Of a stretch of DNA of 64,000 nucleotides, positions 39,245 through 47,779 are shown piece after piece; the stretch's first letter is position 1; every line of letters begins with the position of its first letter. The notes below the pieces were generated by a model. The model was given only the letters and a program-made list of their open reading frames with translations, was not told where the DNA came from and searched no databases. A program made the translations under genes and the position numbers. The stretch is from Candidatus Latescibacterota bacterium. GTDB taxonomy: Bacteria; Latescibacterota; UBA2968; UBA8231. Location: contig OZ220089.1 of the NCBI GenBank assembly GCA_964291625.2, positions 260,542-324,541 on the forward strand, read 5' to 3'.

Positions 39245-41958
39245 TGCAGCCCCGCGTTCATGCTCACGAAGAGCAGCGACGAGCGTTCGGCCGGTCCCGA
39301 CTCCGGGGCGCGGTCTCCTACCTGGATGCCGCCGCGCGTGACCAGCTGGTAGCCCTGGTAGCCGACCCGGTTGATCACCTGCACGATCAGGGTTCGGGCC
39401 GTGAAGCCGCTGTCGAGCTCCCGGCGCTCCCCCTCCAGCAGCCAGCCCCGGGTCCACTCCAGGCCGAGCTGCAGCTCGGTGTCGAAGAGTTGCTTACCGT
39501 AGCGGGCGTAGTAGTTGACGCTGGTCAGCTCGGAGAGCAGCGGCTGCCGCCACATGAGGAAGAGGGACTCCTCCAGGCTGCGGGCCGGGGGCCGCCGGGC
39601 GTCGTAGGGGCGGTCGGCGCGGTACTCGCTCTTCCAGCGCGGCTCCAGCAGTCCCCGGCCCACCGGGATCGACCACTCGGCCCGGTTGATCAGGCCCAGG
39701 AACCCCGACCTCACCCGCCTCTCCTCCAGGCGCACCTCGTCCTCGTCCCGGCGCTGCCGGAAGGTCTCCCACTTGAACCGGTGGAAGAGGCGCACGCCCC
39801 GTCCCGGCCGCTGATCGAGGTCGGCGTAGAAGGTGTTGCGCCAGGTGTCCCGGGAGGGCAGCAGGTCCCGGTCGTCCTCCATGCGCCCCGTCGAGCCGCT
39901 CGGCTGCACCCAGGTCTGCAGATGATCGGGGATGTCGTCGCGCACCGAGGCGCCGAAGTCGAAGAGGCGGAGGCGGGAGCGCCCCAGGCGCCCGGTCCAG
40001 GCGAGCATGGCGTACCACGACTCCGTCCTGCCGTCGCCGGAGATCAGGCGCATGCGCTGGCGGCCGGCCACGAGGCGGGCGTCGGGGGTGACGAAGAGCT
40101 TGCCGTGGAGGTTGAAGCCGCGGTGGTCGCGCCGGTAGGGGTAGTCGGCATGCAGGTCGTTCTCGAAGGGGTCGGCGGTGCCGTTGTGGTTCATGTCGAC
40201 GCCGAAGAGGAACTCGGGCCGGTCCGACCGGAAGCGCAGGAAGGGCTCCTCGTAGTCGGGAACCAGGTTGCGGTTGTAGTTGAGGGAGACCGCCACCGGC
40301 TCTCCCGGCCGCGCGAAGGCCCCTGCCGGGCGGCGGGTGTTGTTCTGGTTGTAGTCGTAGATGTAGTCGCGGTTGAAGTCGACGCCGGGGAAGGCGATCC
40401 CGCCCGAACCGGTCTGCCACGGCCGCGACCACTCGGGGACGGCGTCGTGGTCGTCGTCGTCGTCGACCAGCTCGTAGAGCATGGGCACGGGGGCCTTGTA
40501 CTGGATCAGGCCGTTGCCGAGGGTCAGCCAGTGGTTGGTGCTGTAGGCGTCGTCCATGGAGAACGTCTCCAGGAACAGGCCCCACGGATAGAGGTTCCAG
40601 GCGGCGATGCCGTAGGCGGCCCAGGCGGTGCGCACCATCTCGTGGTGCCGGCTCAGCCGCGGATTGGGATACCTCCGGTGCTGGCGGTTGAGGACCGTCT
40701 CCCCCTGCACCGACAGACCGTGCCAGTCCACCAGGTCCCAGTCGAAGCCGACCAGCTCGTTGGCCGTGGGCAGGCCGTAGTCGAGGAGCAGGACGCGGCC
40801 GTTGCTCTCGTCCCGGACGTTGCCCGCCGCCCGCGCGTAGGGGAGGAAGACCGTCTCCGGGTTGCGCAGGCCGTCCGTCTGGAGATTCGAGGCGAGCTCG
40901 ATCCGGTAGTCGTTGGCCACGGCCAGCTCCACGGCGGCCGCCGTCAGCGCCCTCGGGTCGAGGCCGAGCTCGTGCAGGCCCCCCAGGTCGTACTCCAGGA
41001 GCAGGCGCTCCGACCCGTCCACCACCAGGGCGCCTTCGCGCAGGCGCCCTCCCTCGATCAACGGAAGGAGGCCGAGGTCCCGGCCGCTGATGCGCACCCC
41101 GTTGGTGTCGGTGAAGACGATGTCGTGGCGGAAGACCCGGGCGCCGCCGACCCCGTCCGCCGGCGAGTCGTCCCGGACCTGCACCCAGAGCTTGTCCGGG
41201 GTACGGTTCTGATTGCTGGTGAGCACGCCGGCCAGCGGGTTGCCGGCCCGGAACTCCGGCTCGGTGTTGGAGTTGTGCAGGTTCACGTAGGTCAGCCCGA
41301 AGCTGCCGGCCGCGAAGGGGACGTAGCCCAGCCGGCCGCCCATCAGGTGGGTCACGTTCCGGCGGGGGCCGGTGGGCTGGCTCGGCCGGGAGAGGAGCAG
41401 GGTGCTCTCGAGCCGGTCCCTGGCATAGTCGAGGCGCACCCCCTCGAAGCGGGGCTTGCGCAAGGTCAGGGGCGTGAGCTGCGCGTCGAGGACACTGCCC
41501 ATCATGAGGCGGTAGGTCTCCCCGCCCCGCCGGTCCGAGGCGATGGCGAGCCCCTGGAAGGCTCCCGGGAACTGAGGCCACAGGATGTCCGAGCCCTCCC
41601 GCGACGGCTGCACCTGCTCCCAGGAGTAGACCAGCCAGCCGCGGCCCAGGTGCTCGCCGAAGGAGTCGTACCACTCCTCCCCCGCCAGGAACGGGTCCAG
41701 GTAGCGCAGGTAGCGGTCGCGGGCGTAGTTGGCGCCGGTTTCGTACCAGTGGGCGGCGTAGGTCCCGGCCAGGCTTCGGGAGGCGTACCACTTGTGCAGG
41801 GCCGGAGTCGTGTAGTCCACCTCGAAGCGCGGGGACAGGTCGGCCAAGGCCCGCGTGGGGTGACTCTGTCCCTCCACCAGGGGCGGGAAGCCCCCGGCCA
41901 GGAGCAGGGCCGCCCACAGGGCCGCACGGGGCCCCCGACCGGTCGCCGGAGCGGGCAT
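39241..41958 (-). CDS. family-B large secreted/outer-membrane protein (905 aa), paralog of 34665..37283
   Basis: ORF 39241..41958. Signal peptide. Shared blocks: VANDYRIELAS, DYGLPTAN, RYPNP, PDYEEPFLRFRSDRP, GVDMNHNGTADPFENDLHADYPYRRDHRGFNLHG. Its start overlaps the upstream stop (TGATG). Confidence 0.75.
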   Translation of the reverse strand: MPAPATGRGPRAALWAALLLAGGFPPLVEGQSHPTRALADLSPRFEVDYTTPALHKWYASRSLAGTYAAHWYETGANYARDRYLRYLDPFLAGEEWYDSFGEHLGRGWLVYSWEQVQPSREGSDILWPQFPGAFQGLAIASDRRGGETYRLMMGSVLDAQLTPLTLRKPRFEGVRLDYARDRLESTLLLSRPSQPTGPRRNVTHLMGGRLGYVPFAAGSFGLTYVNLHNSNTEPEFRAGNPLAGVLTSNQNRTPDKLWVQVRDDSPADGVGGARVFRHDIVFTDTNGVRISGRDLGLLPLIEGGRLREGALVVDGSERLLLEYDLGGLHELGLDPRALTAAAVELAVANDYRIELASNLQTDGLRNPETVFLPYARAAGNVRDESNGRVLLLDYGLPTANELVGFDWDLVDWHGLSVQGETVLNRQHRRYPNPRLSRHHEMVRTAWAAYGIAAWNLYPWGLFLETFSMDDAYSTNHWLTLGNGLIQYKAPVPMLYELVDDDDDHDAVPEWSRPWQTGSGGIAFPGVDFNRDYIYDYNQNNTRRPAGAFARPGEPVAVSLNYNRNLVPDYEEPFLRFRSDRPEFLFGVDMNHNGTADPFENDLHADYPYRRDHRGFNLHGKLFVTPDARLVAGRQRMRLISGDGRTESWYAMLAWTGRLGRSRLRLFDFGASVRDDIPDHLQTWVQPSGSTGRMEDDRDLLPSRDTWRNTFYADLDQRPGRGVRLFHRFKWETFRQRRDEDEVRLEERRVRSGFLGLINRAEWSIPVGRGLLEPRWKSEYRADRPYDARRPPARSLEESLFLMWRQPLLSELTSVNYYARYGKQLFDTELQLGLEWTRGWLLEGERRELDSGFTARTLIVQVINRVGYQGYQLVTRGGIQVGDRAPESGPAERSSLLFVSMNAGLQ

Positions 41959-44460
41959 CAGTAGGCCACGTGCACGAGGCGGACCCGGCTGGTGCGCCGG
42001 CCTCCGGTGTCCACGCCCACCCCGACGCGGGCGGCATAGATGCCCGGCGCCACGAGGGCGCCCGAGTCGTCGCGGCCGTCCCAGGGGAAGTCATGGCGGC
42101 CGCTGGCCTGGGGCGGCACCCGGGTCAGGTCGCGCACGAGCCGGCCGGAGAGGTCGTGGATGCCCACCGTGATCCGCGGCGGCCCCCGCACCTGGAAGAC
42201 CTGGAAGGAGAGGACGGCCTCGTCGTTGACGCCGTCGCCGTTGGGGGTCAGCACCGGCGGCGTCACCTCCAGCGGCGCCAGCAGGCGCCCGGCCTCCAGG
42301 TCGGAGACGACCACCAGGGACTGGCTCTCCACCAGGTCGGTGGCGTCTCCCTCGCTGGCGATCTGCAGGATCCCGGGCTTCCGAGGAGCGGGACAGCTCG
42401 ACCCGGAAGGTGGTGCCGCTGAGGAAGACCTGGGTGCGGATGCGGGCCGCATAGACCGAGCGGCCCGAGGTGACCGGCCCGGGAAAGCGGACGTCCACGC
42501 CTCCCTCCACCGGAGCGGCGGAGGCGGTGGCCAGCAGGTCGACGGCGTTCCCCGTGCGCAGGCGGGCCTCGGAGCCGGCGTGCAGCGACACCAGTGTCAT
42601 GGGCGCGCTCGAGGAGGAGCGGATCCCCATGCGGTCGAAGCCCGGGTCGCCCGCCCGGAAGCGGGGCCGCATGTAGATGGTGAACTCCTGATCGACCCCC
42701 GCGGGCACCTCGCTGGTGGGCCAGATCTCGGCCCACACCTGGTCCACCAGGGGCTCGGCGAGACCGATCCGCAGGCCGCGTATGGCGGCGCGCCTCAGGG
42801 GGTTGATGGTCAACAGGCGCACCTGGGCCAACGCGTAGCGCCGCGGACTCGGCGAGCGGAAGGGCTCCGGCGACTCGCGGTAGACCTCGCTCCAGCTGCT
42901 CCACTTCTGCCCGGGCACGTAGAGCGTGTCCACGGGACCCCGGTTCGACTCGCGGGCCCTCTCCCAGCGCTCCTGCTCGATGGGGAAACCGGCGGCGTCG
43001 AGGTATCTCAGCTCCTGGCGCAGGTCGTCTCCCGAGCGCGTGCGGACCTCGATGCGGGTCTCCCGCGGCGCCTCCCCCTCCCACGACAGGGAGCTGAACA
43101 TGCGCGACCCCGGCAGGGCGATCAGGGGGGAGGTGAGGACCACCTCCGAGACGAAGCCCTCGCCGAAGGCCAGCATCTCGGCGAGCTGGCCGCTCTCCTG
43201 CTCGGTGCCGAGCAGCGCCAGGGCCCGCAGCTGCACGTGGCGCACCTCCTGCAGCGGGAAGCTCTCCTCCAGCTGGTGGAAGCGGTCGCGGTTCAGGCGC
43301 TCGTCCAGCTCGTTCCAGACGCGCTCCCCGTTGGGGTCGATGGAGCCGTCGGAGAGCAGCACCTGGTAGGCCCGAAGCGGCTGCTCGGGGGTGACCAGGC
43401 GCACCCGGTCGAGCCAGTACTTGGCGCCCAGGTCGACCTCCAGCTGGTTGCGCCGGCGCACCTGGTCATACGGCTTGATGGGGAACCACGTGTAGAAGAA
43501 CCCGTCCGTCGAGATGGTGCGCACCAGGTCGCCGATGGCCCGGGTCTGGAGGTTGATGAGCCGCTGCGTGTTGAGGACCACGTTCTCTCCGGGGGTGATC
43601 ACCTCCAGCTCCGCCACCCGGGGGCGCTCGCGGCGGAAGTGGCGCACCGGCCCCCGTTCGGCCTCGGGCAGGTCGCTCCAGGTCGCCTCGGAGACCGGGA
43701 TCTCCCGGCCCGCCACCGTGGTGCGGTGGTAGGCCACCGCGCCCCGGTCCTCCGGCGGCAGGGCCGCGTGCTCCTCCGGCGAGACCTCGCGGCCTCGGTC
43801 CCCGTCCGAGCCGAGGGCCTCCAGACGGACGAACTGCACCACCTGGCCCGTCACCCCCGGAGGCAGGGGGCGCTGCGGCTTGATGTCGAAGACGAAGTGC
43901 CGCCCGTCCTTGTTGGGCAGGACCACCTGGCCGGCGCGGAAGTACTCCAGGTCGTCGTTGAGGCGGCCGAGCCCGTTGGAGAGGCGTACGCGGAACTTCA
44001 GGAACGGATCGCCCTCGCCCTCGGGCGCGAACCGCACCACCACCTGCTCGGCGATCACGGCGCGGCCGAGGTCGATCTCGACGAACCAGTCCTCCACATC
44101 GTCGGCCGGGTCGGGCTCCCACCAGGTGAGGGGGTCCCCGTCGTGCACCAGGGATCCCGTCTCCGCGCCGCTGCCGATGGCGTGGACGCCGCCCGTGACC
44201 GTGTCGGAGTCGGCGAATATGGCCATGTACTCGTGGGCATCGAGGGCGGCGTTGCCCCGCCGCTGCAGCCCCCGGGGGGTCACGGTGCCGTCAGGCCCCA
44301 GCTCCAGGGCGCCCTCGGGCAGCTGCCACGCCGACCAGTGAGCGGCGCGGTCGACGACGACCTCCGTCGGCCTCAGCCGGTACCCCTCCTGGGGGGCTGC
44401 GGCGGTGCCCAGGAGCACGAGAGCGGCCGCGAGCCAGCTGGGCGGGCGGGGACGGACCAT
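41958..44460 (-). pseudogene. family-A protein (F5/8-type-C-like + FlgD-Ig-like tail) interrupted by a frameshift near 42371-42390
   Basis: ORF 42091..44460 carries the signal peptide, discoidin-like domain (DGDPLTWWEPDPADDVEDWFVEIDLGRAV) and body, up to ...TTFRVELSRSS. It then degenerates into Arg/Gly/Pro junk. The expected tail (ILQIASEGDATDL...VLTPNGDGVNDEAVLSF...IHDLSGRLV...WDGRDDSGALVAPGIYAARV...VHVAY) is in another frame, in ORF 41958..42452. The total span of 2503 nt is not a multiple of 3. Confidence 0.6.
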
Positions 44461-46272
44461 TCAGTAGGCCAGTTCCACCACGCCCCGGCGCCGGCCGGTG
44501 CCGCCGTCGGCATGCACGCGCAGCTCGTAGAGGTAGAGGCCGGGAGGGACCCGGCGGCCGCTGCTGTCGAGACCGTCCCAGGCGGCGGTGAGGGTGCCGG
44601 CGCCGTGCTCCGCCTCCCAGGCCCGGACCAGGGGGCGGCCGTCGACAGCGAAGATGTCGAGGGTCAGCCTCGCCGGTTCCATGAGCTTGAGGAGGGTGAA
44701 GGTCAGCTCGAGCCGGTCGTTGACGCCGTCGGCGTTCGGGGTCGTCACGGGGCTGGCGGCCCTCAGGTTGGAGATCAGGGACAGGCGCCCCGCTGCCGCC
44801 CCGTGGCGGACGACCAGACCGCCTCCGGGCTCGCCGTCGATGTCGGCGGGGCGCGCGACCTGGTAGGCCACCCTCGATCCCCCCTCCTCGGTGCGCCGGT
44901 CGATGGCCTGCACCTCGAACCTCGTGCGCTCGTGGAAGACCGTGGCCGTGAACTCCACCTGCAGGAAGCTGCCGTCCTGCACCACCCGGCGGGGCAGGTT
45001 GACGGTGAAGCCGGTGCCCGGCTCGACGTCGATGAAGGGCAGGACCTCCAGGTCGTCGACGCGGATGCTTTGGACCTCGCCGATCTCGGCCGCCGTCCTT
45101 ACCTGCAACTGCCGGAAACCGGTGTCCCGGTGAGACTCGGAGCCGGTGCGGTCCAGGTGGACCTGAAGGGAGAGGGTGAAGGGGCTCTCCACCCCGGCCC
45201 GCGCCTCCAGGGGCGAGATCTCGGCCGCCAGGTCCCGGGCGACCGGTGGATGGATGTACTCGAACCGCAGCTCCCGCAGGCCGGCGCCGGGTTCCGTCAG
45301 GGTGATCTGGAACTGCAGGTAGCGTTTCAGGGGTGGCGAGCGCACGAGTCCGTCGGTGACCGGCTCCCATGGGCTCCAGGCCGGATTGGGCTCGACCGGC
45401 CCCCTGTCCTCCGGCGGGGCGTTCTCCCAGCCCGCCTTGCTGTACTGGATCACGTCGCCGCCCTGGATCAGGTAGTAGAGGAGGGGGCTCCGGTCCGGCC
45501 CGGTGCGGGTGCGCACCACCACGGGCGCGGTGGAGATGTCGCCGCCCTCGTAGAGCACGCGTCCCCACACGGGCTCCGGCCGGCCGGCCCGCAGCGGCTG
45601 GGACTCGTACTCCCCCACGGGGACCGTGCCGTCCGAGTAGACCTCCAGCTCGGCGATCTCCCAGGCGCGGTCGACCTGCGGCTCCAGGGCCAGCAGGCGC
45701 GCCTCCACGCTGGGGAAGCGCTTGTCCACCACGGGGGAGGTGTTCTCGTTGGGGGCCTTGAAGAACATCAGCCGGCGGGAGTCGGCCAGGGGGTCGAGAC
45801 TCTGCGCCGCGGACAGGGTGAACTCCTGCAGGAACCGGTTGCGGTTGCGGAAGTCGAGGCGGGGGAAGAACCGGACGCGGTTCATACGGAAGGTGGCCCC
45901 CAGGTCGACCCACAACGTGGAGGACCGCTCCACGCCCTCCTGCAGGTCGGGATCGAAGAAGGTGGTCGGATCGCCGTCGAAGAGCGCTTCGCCGCCGGGC
46001 AGCGGCGTGAACCCCCTCTCCGGGTCCGAGTACAGCACCCGTCCGCCGCGCTCGCCGAGGGTGGCGGTCAGGTTCGCGTTGGCCTCCACGTCCCACATCC
46101 AGATGCCGTCCCCGGTGACGGCGACGTACCGCGAGGAGGACTCCGCCCCCCGCCAGGAGAGCTCGGGGCCGACGGAGACGTAGCGGACCTCGCCGGCCGA
46201 CGGTCGGCCCAGCGACAGGAGGGCGGCCGCTACCGCCAGCGGCCGCATCATCGCCAGGTGAGTTGCGGCCAT
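44461..46272 (-). CDS. family-A secreted protein: F5/8-type-C-like N-domain + FlgD-Ig-like C-terminal domain (603 aa)
   Basis: ATG at 46272 within ORF 44461..46317 (MAATHLAMMRPLAVAAALLSLG). N-domain: LFDGDPTTFFDPDLQEGVERSSTLWVDLGATFRMNRVRFFPR. Tail: VTTPNADGVNDRLELTFTLL...LDIFAVDGRPLV...WDGLDSSGRRVPPGLYLYELRV...GVVELAY. Confidence 0.75.
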   Translation of the reverse strand: MAATHLAMMRPLAVAAALLSLGRPSAGEVRYVSVGPELSWRGAESSSRYVAVTGDGIWMWDVEANANLTATLGERGGRVLYSDPERGFTPLPGGEALFDGDPTTFFDPDLQEGVERSSTLWVDLGATFRMNRVRFFPRLDFRNRNRFLQEFTLSAAQSLDPLADSRRLMFFKAPNENTSPVVDKRFPSVEARLLALEPQVDRAWEIAELEVYSDGTVPVGEYESQPLRAGRPEPVWGRVLYEGGDISTAPVVVRTRTGPDRSPLLYYLIQGGDVIQYSKAGWENAPPEDRGPVEPNPAWSPWEPVTDGLVRSPPLKRYLQFQITLTEPGAGLRELRFEYIHPPVARDLAAEISPLEARAGVESPFTLSLQVHLDRTGSESHRDTGFRQLQVRTAAEIGEVQSIRVDDLEVLPFIDVEPGTGFTVNLPRRVVQDGSFLQVEFTATVFHERTRFEVQAIDRRTEEGGSRVAYQVARPADIDGEPGGGLVVRHGAAAGRLSLISNLRAASPVTTPNADGVNDRLELTFTLLKLMEPARLTLDIFAVDGRPLVRAWEAEHGAGTLTAAWDGLDSSGRRVPPGLYLYELRVHADGGTGRRRGVVELAY

Positions 46273-46273
46273 C

Positions 46274-47233
46274 TCAGAACGGCGCCCAGTTCGGGTGCAG
46301 GTCGTCGTACGGATCATCGGTCACCCGCTCCTCGGCGCCGCCCTCGACGGGGACGATGTAGATGTCGTAGCGCGTCTCCACGTCGACCAGCCGGGCGAAG
46401 GCGATGCGGGTGCCGTCGGGAGACCAGGTGGGAGTCTCCTCCCAGGCCTCGCCGAAGGTCAGCTGCCGGGCGCCGCTGCCGTCGGCGGCCATGACCCAGA
46501 TGTGGCTGATGTCGAAATCGTCCGGATCCAGCGCGACATAGGCGATCCAGGCCCCGTCGGGCGACCACGAAGGTTGTCCGGCGTACTGGCCCTCCGGCGA
46601 GAGCCGCTCCGTGCCGCCGCCGGCCGGGTCCATGATGGTGATACCGTCCTCGCCGTCGTAGGCGATCGAGGCGCCGTCGGGCGACCACGCGGGCGACCGG
46701 CCCCACGGGGCCAGGGGCTCGTGGGTGAGCCTCTCCACGCCGCTGCCGTCGGCGTTCATGACGAAGACCTGCGGCCCCCTCCCTCCCCCGCCGCTGCGCT
46801 CGAAGGCGATGCGCTGGCCGTCGGGCGACCAGGCGGGAGCCGAGTCGTAGGCGTCGCCGCGCGTCAGGTTCACCGGGTTCCCGCCGTCGGCGTCCATGAC
46901 GTAGATCTCGAGGTCCCCGTCGCGGATCGAGCTGAAGGCCACCTTCGTCCCGTCCGGCGACCGGGCCGGCTGCTCGCCCCGGCGGGTGAAGTAGAGGGTT
47001 TCCAGGGAGTCGGGGAAGGTGCCGTCCGACTTCGGCAGACCGATCAGGCCCGAGGACAGGTTCACCACCTCGCCGCTCTCCAGGTCCAGGGAGTGCACCT
47101 CCAGGTCGCGCAGGTATTCGCTCTCGAGGCGCCGGTTCGAGGTGAACAGGAGCTGAGTAGCGTAGGCCGACCCGTCCGGCAGGACCACCTGCGCCGTGTC
47201 CTCCGGCTCCGGTGCCGTGAACTCCACGGTCAC
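46274..47233 (-). CDS. PD40 (TolB-like) beta-propeller protein; corresponds to the C-terminal two thirds of the LRR-PD40 paralogs (array copy 1, split)
   Basis: ORF 46274..47233, with GTG at 47233 overlapping the stop of 47230..47778 as GTGA. Repeats: PARSPDGTKVAFSS..DGDLEIYVMDADG, PAWSPDGQRIAFE, PAWSPDGASIAY, PSWSPDGAWIAY, PTWSPDGTRIAFA. In copies 2 and 3 the same sequence is fused in-frame to the LRR part. Confidence 0.65.
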   Translation of the reverse strand: MTVEFTAPEPEDTAQVVLPDGSAYATQLLFTSNRRLESEYLRDLEVHSLDLESGEVVNLSSGLIGLPKSDGTFPDSLETLYFTRRGEQPARSPDGTKVAFSSIRDGDLEIYVMDADGGNPVNLTRGDAYDSAPAWSPDGQRIAFERSGGGGRGPQVFVMNADGSGVERLTHEPLAPWGRSPAWSPDGASIAYDGEDGITIMDPAGGGTERLSPEGQYAGQPSWSPDGAWIAYVALDPDDFDISHIWVMAADGSGARQLTFGEAWEETPTWSPDGTRIAFARLVDVETRYDIYIVPVEGGAEERVTDDPYDDLHPNWAPF

Positions 47234-47778
47234 CCCCCCTCGCGGAGGGCGGCGGCCTGGGCCCGGGCCGCCTCGCTCAGCGGGTTGCCGGTGAGATCGA
47301 CGCTCTGCAGGCTGTCCAGACCCGCCAGGGCCGACACCTCCGCCACCTCGTTGTCGGCCAGCAAGAGCACCTGCAGGCCCTTCAGCGACTCCAGGGGCGT
47401 GACCTCCTCGACCCGGTTGCTCCCCAGGTCGAGGTAGCGCAGCCGCGTCAGCCCCGACAGCGGCGACAGGTCGCGGATCTCGTTGCCGTACAGGTCCAGG
47501 GCCTCCAGCCGGCTCAGCTGCTCGATGCCGTCCAGGTTCGCGATCCCCCGCTCCTTGGCCGTCAGCGAGACCAGCCCGGCCGCGTCGCCTGTCTCCCCCG
47601 CGGCTTCGGTCACCGCCGACTGCAGGGCCGAGTCCGCGAAGACCAGGGCGACGCCCGTGCCGCCCCCGGGGCCGGGGCCGACGGGCGGGTCGGGCTCGGA
47701 GCCGCAGCCGGCCAGCATCAGGACGGCCACCAGGGCCGCGAGCTTCCAGGTCATCACCATCGCAGGCGCTCCGGACAT
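47230..47778 (-). CDS. leucine-rich-repeat lipoprotein; corresponds to the N-terminal third of the LRR-PD40 paralogs (array copy 1, split)
   Basis: ATG at 47778 within ORF 47230..47856 (MSGAPAMVMTWKLAALVAVLMLAGCGS lipobox). 22-residue LRRs (LEALDLYGNEIRDLSPLSGLTRLRYLDLGSNRVEEVTPLESLKGLQVLLLADNEVAEVSALAGLDSLQSVDLTGNPL). It ends at a TGA created by a C7/G7 homopolymer. Confidence 0.65.
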   Translation of the reverse strand: MSGAPAMVMTWKLAALVAVLMLAGCGSEPDPPVGPGPGGGTGVALVFADSALQSAVTEAAGETGDAAGLVSLTAKERGIANLDGIEQLSRLEALDLYGNEIRDLSPLSGLTRLRYLDLGSNRVEEVTPLESLKGLQVLLLADNEVAEVSALAGLDSLQSVDLTGNPLSEAARAQAAALREGG

Positions 47779-47779
47779 C

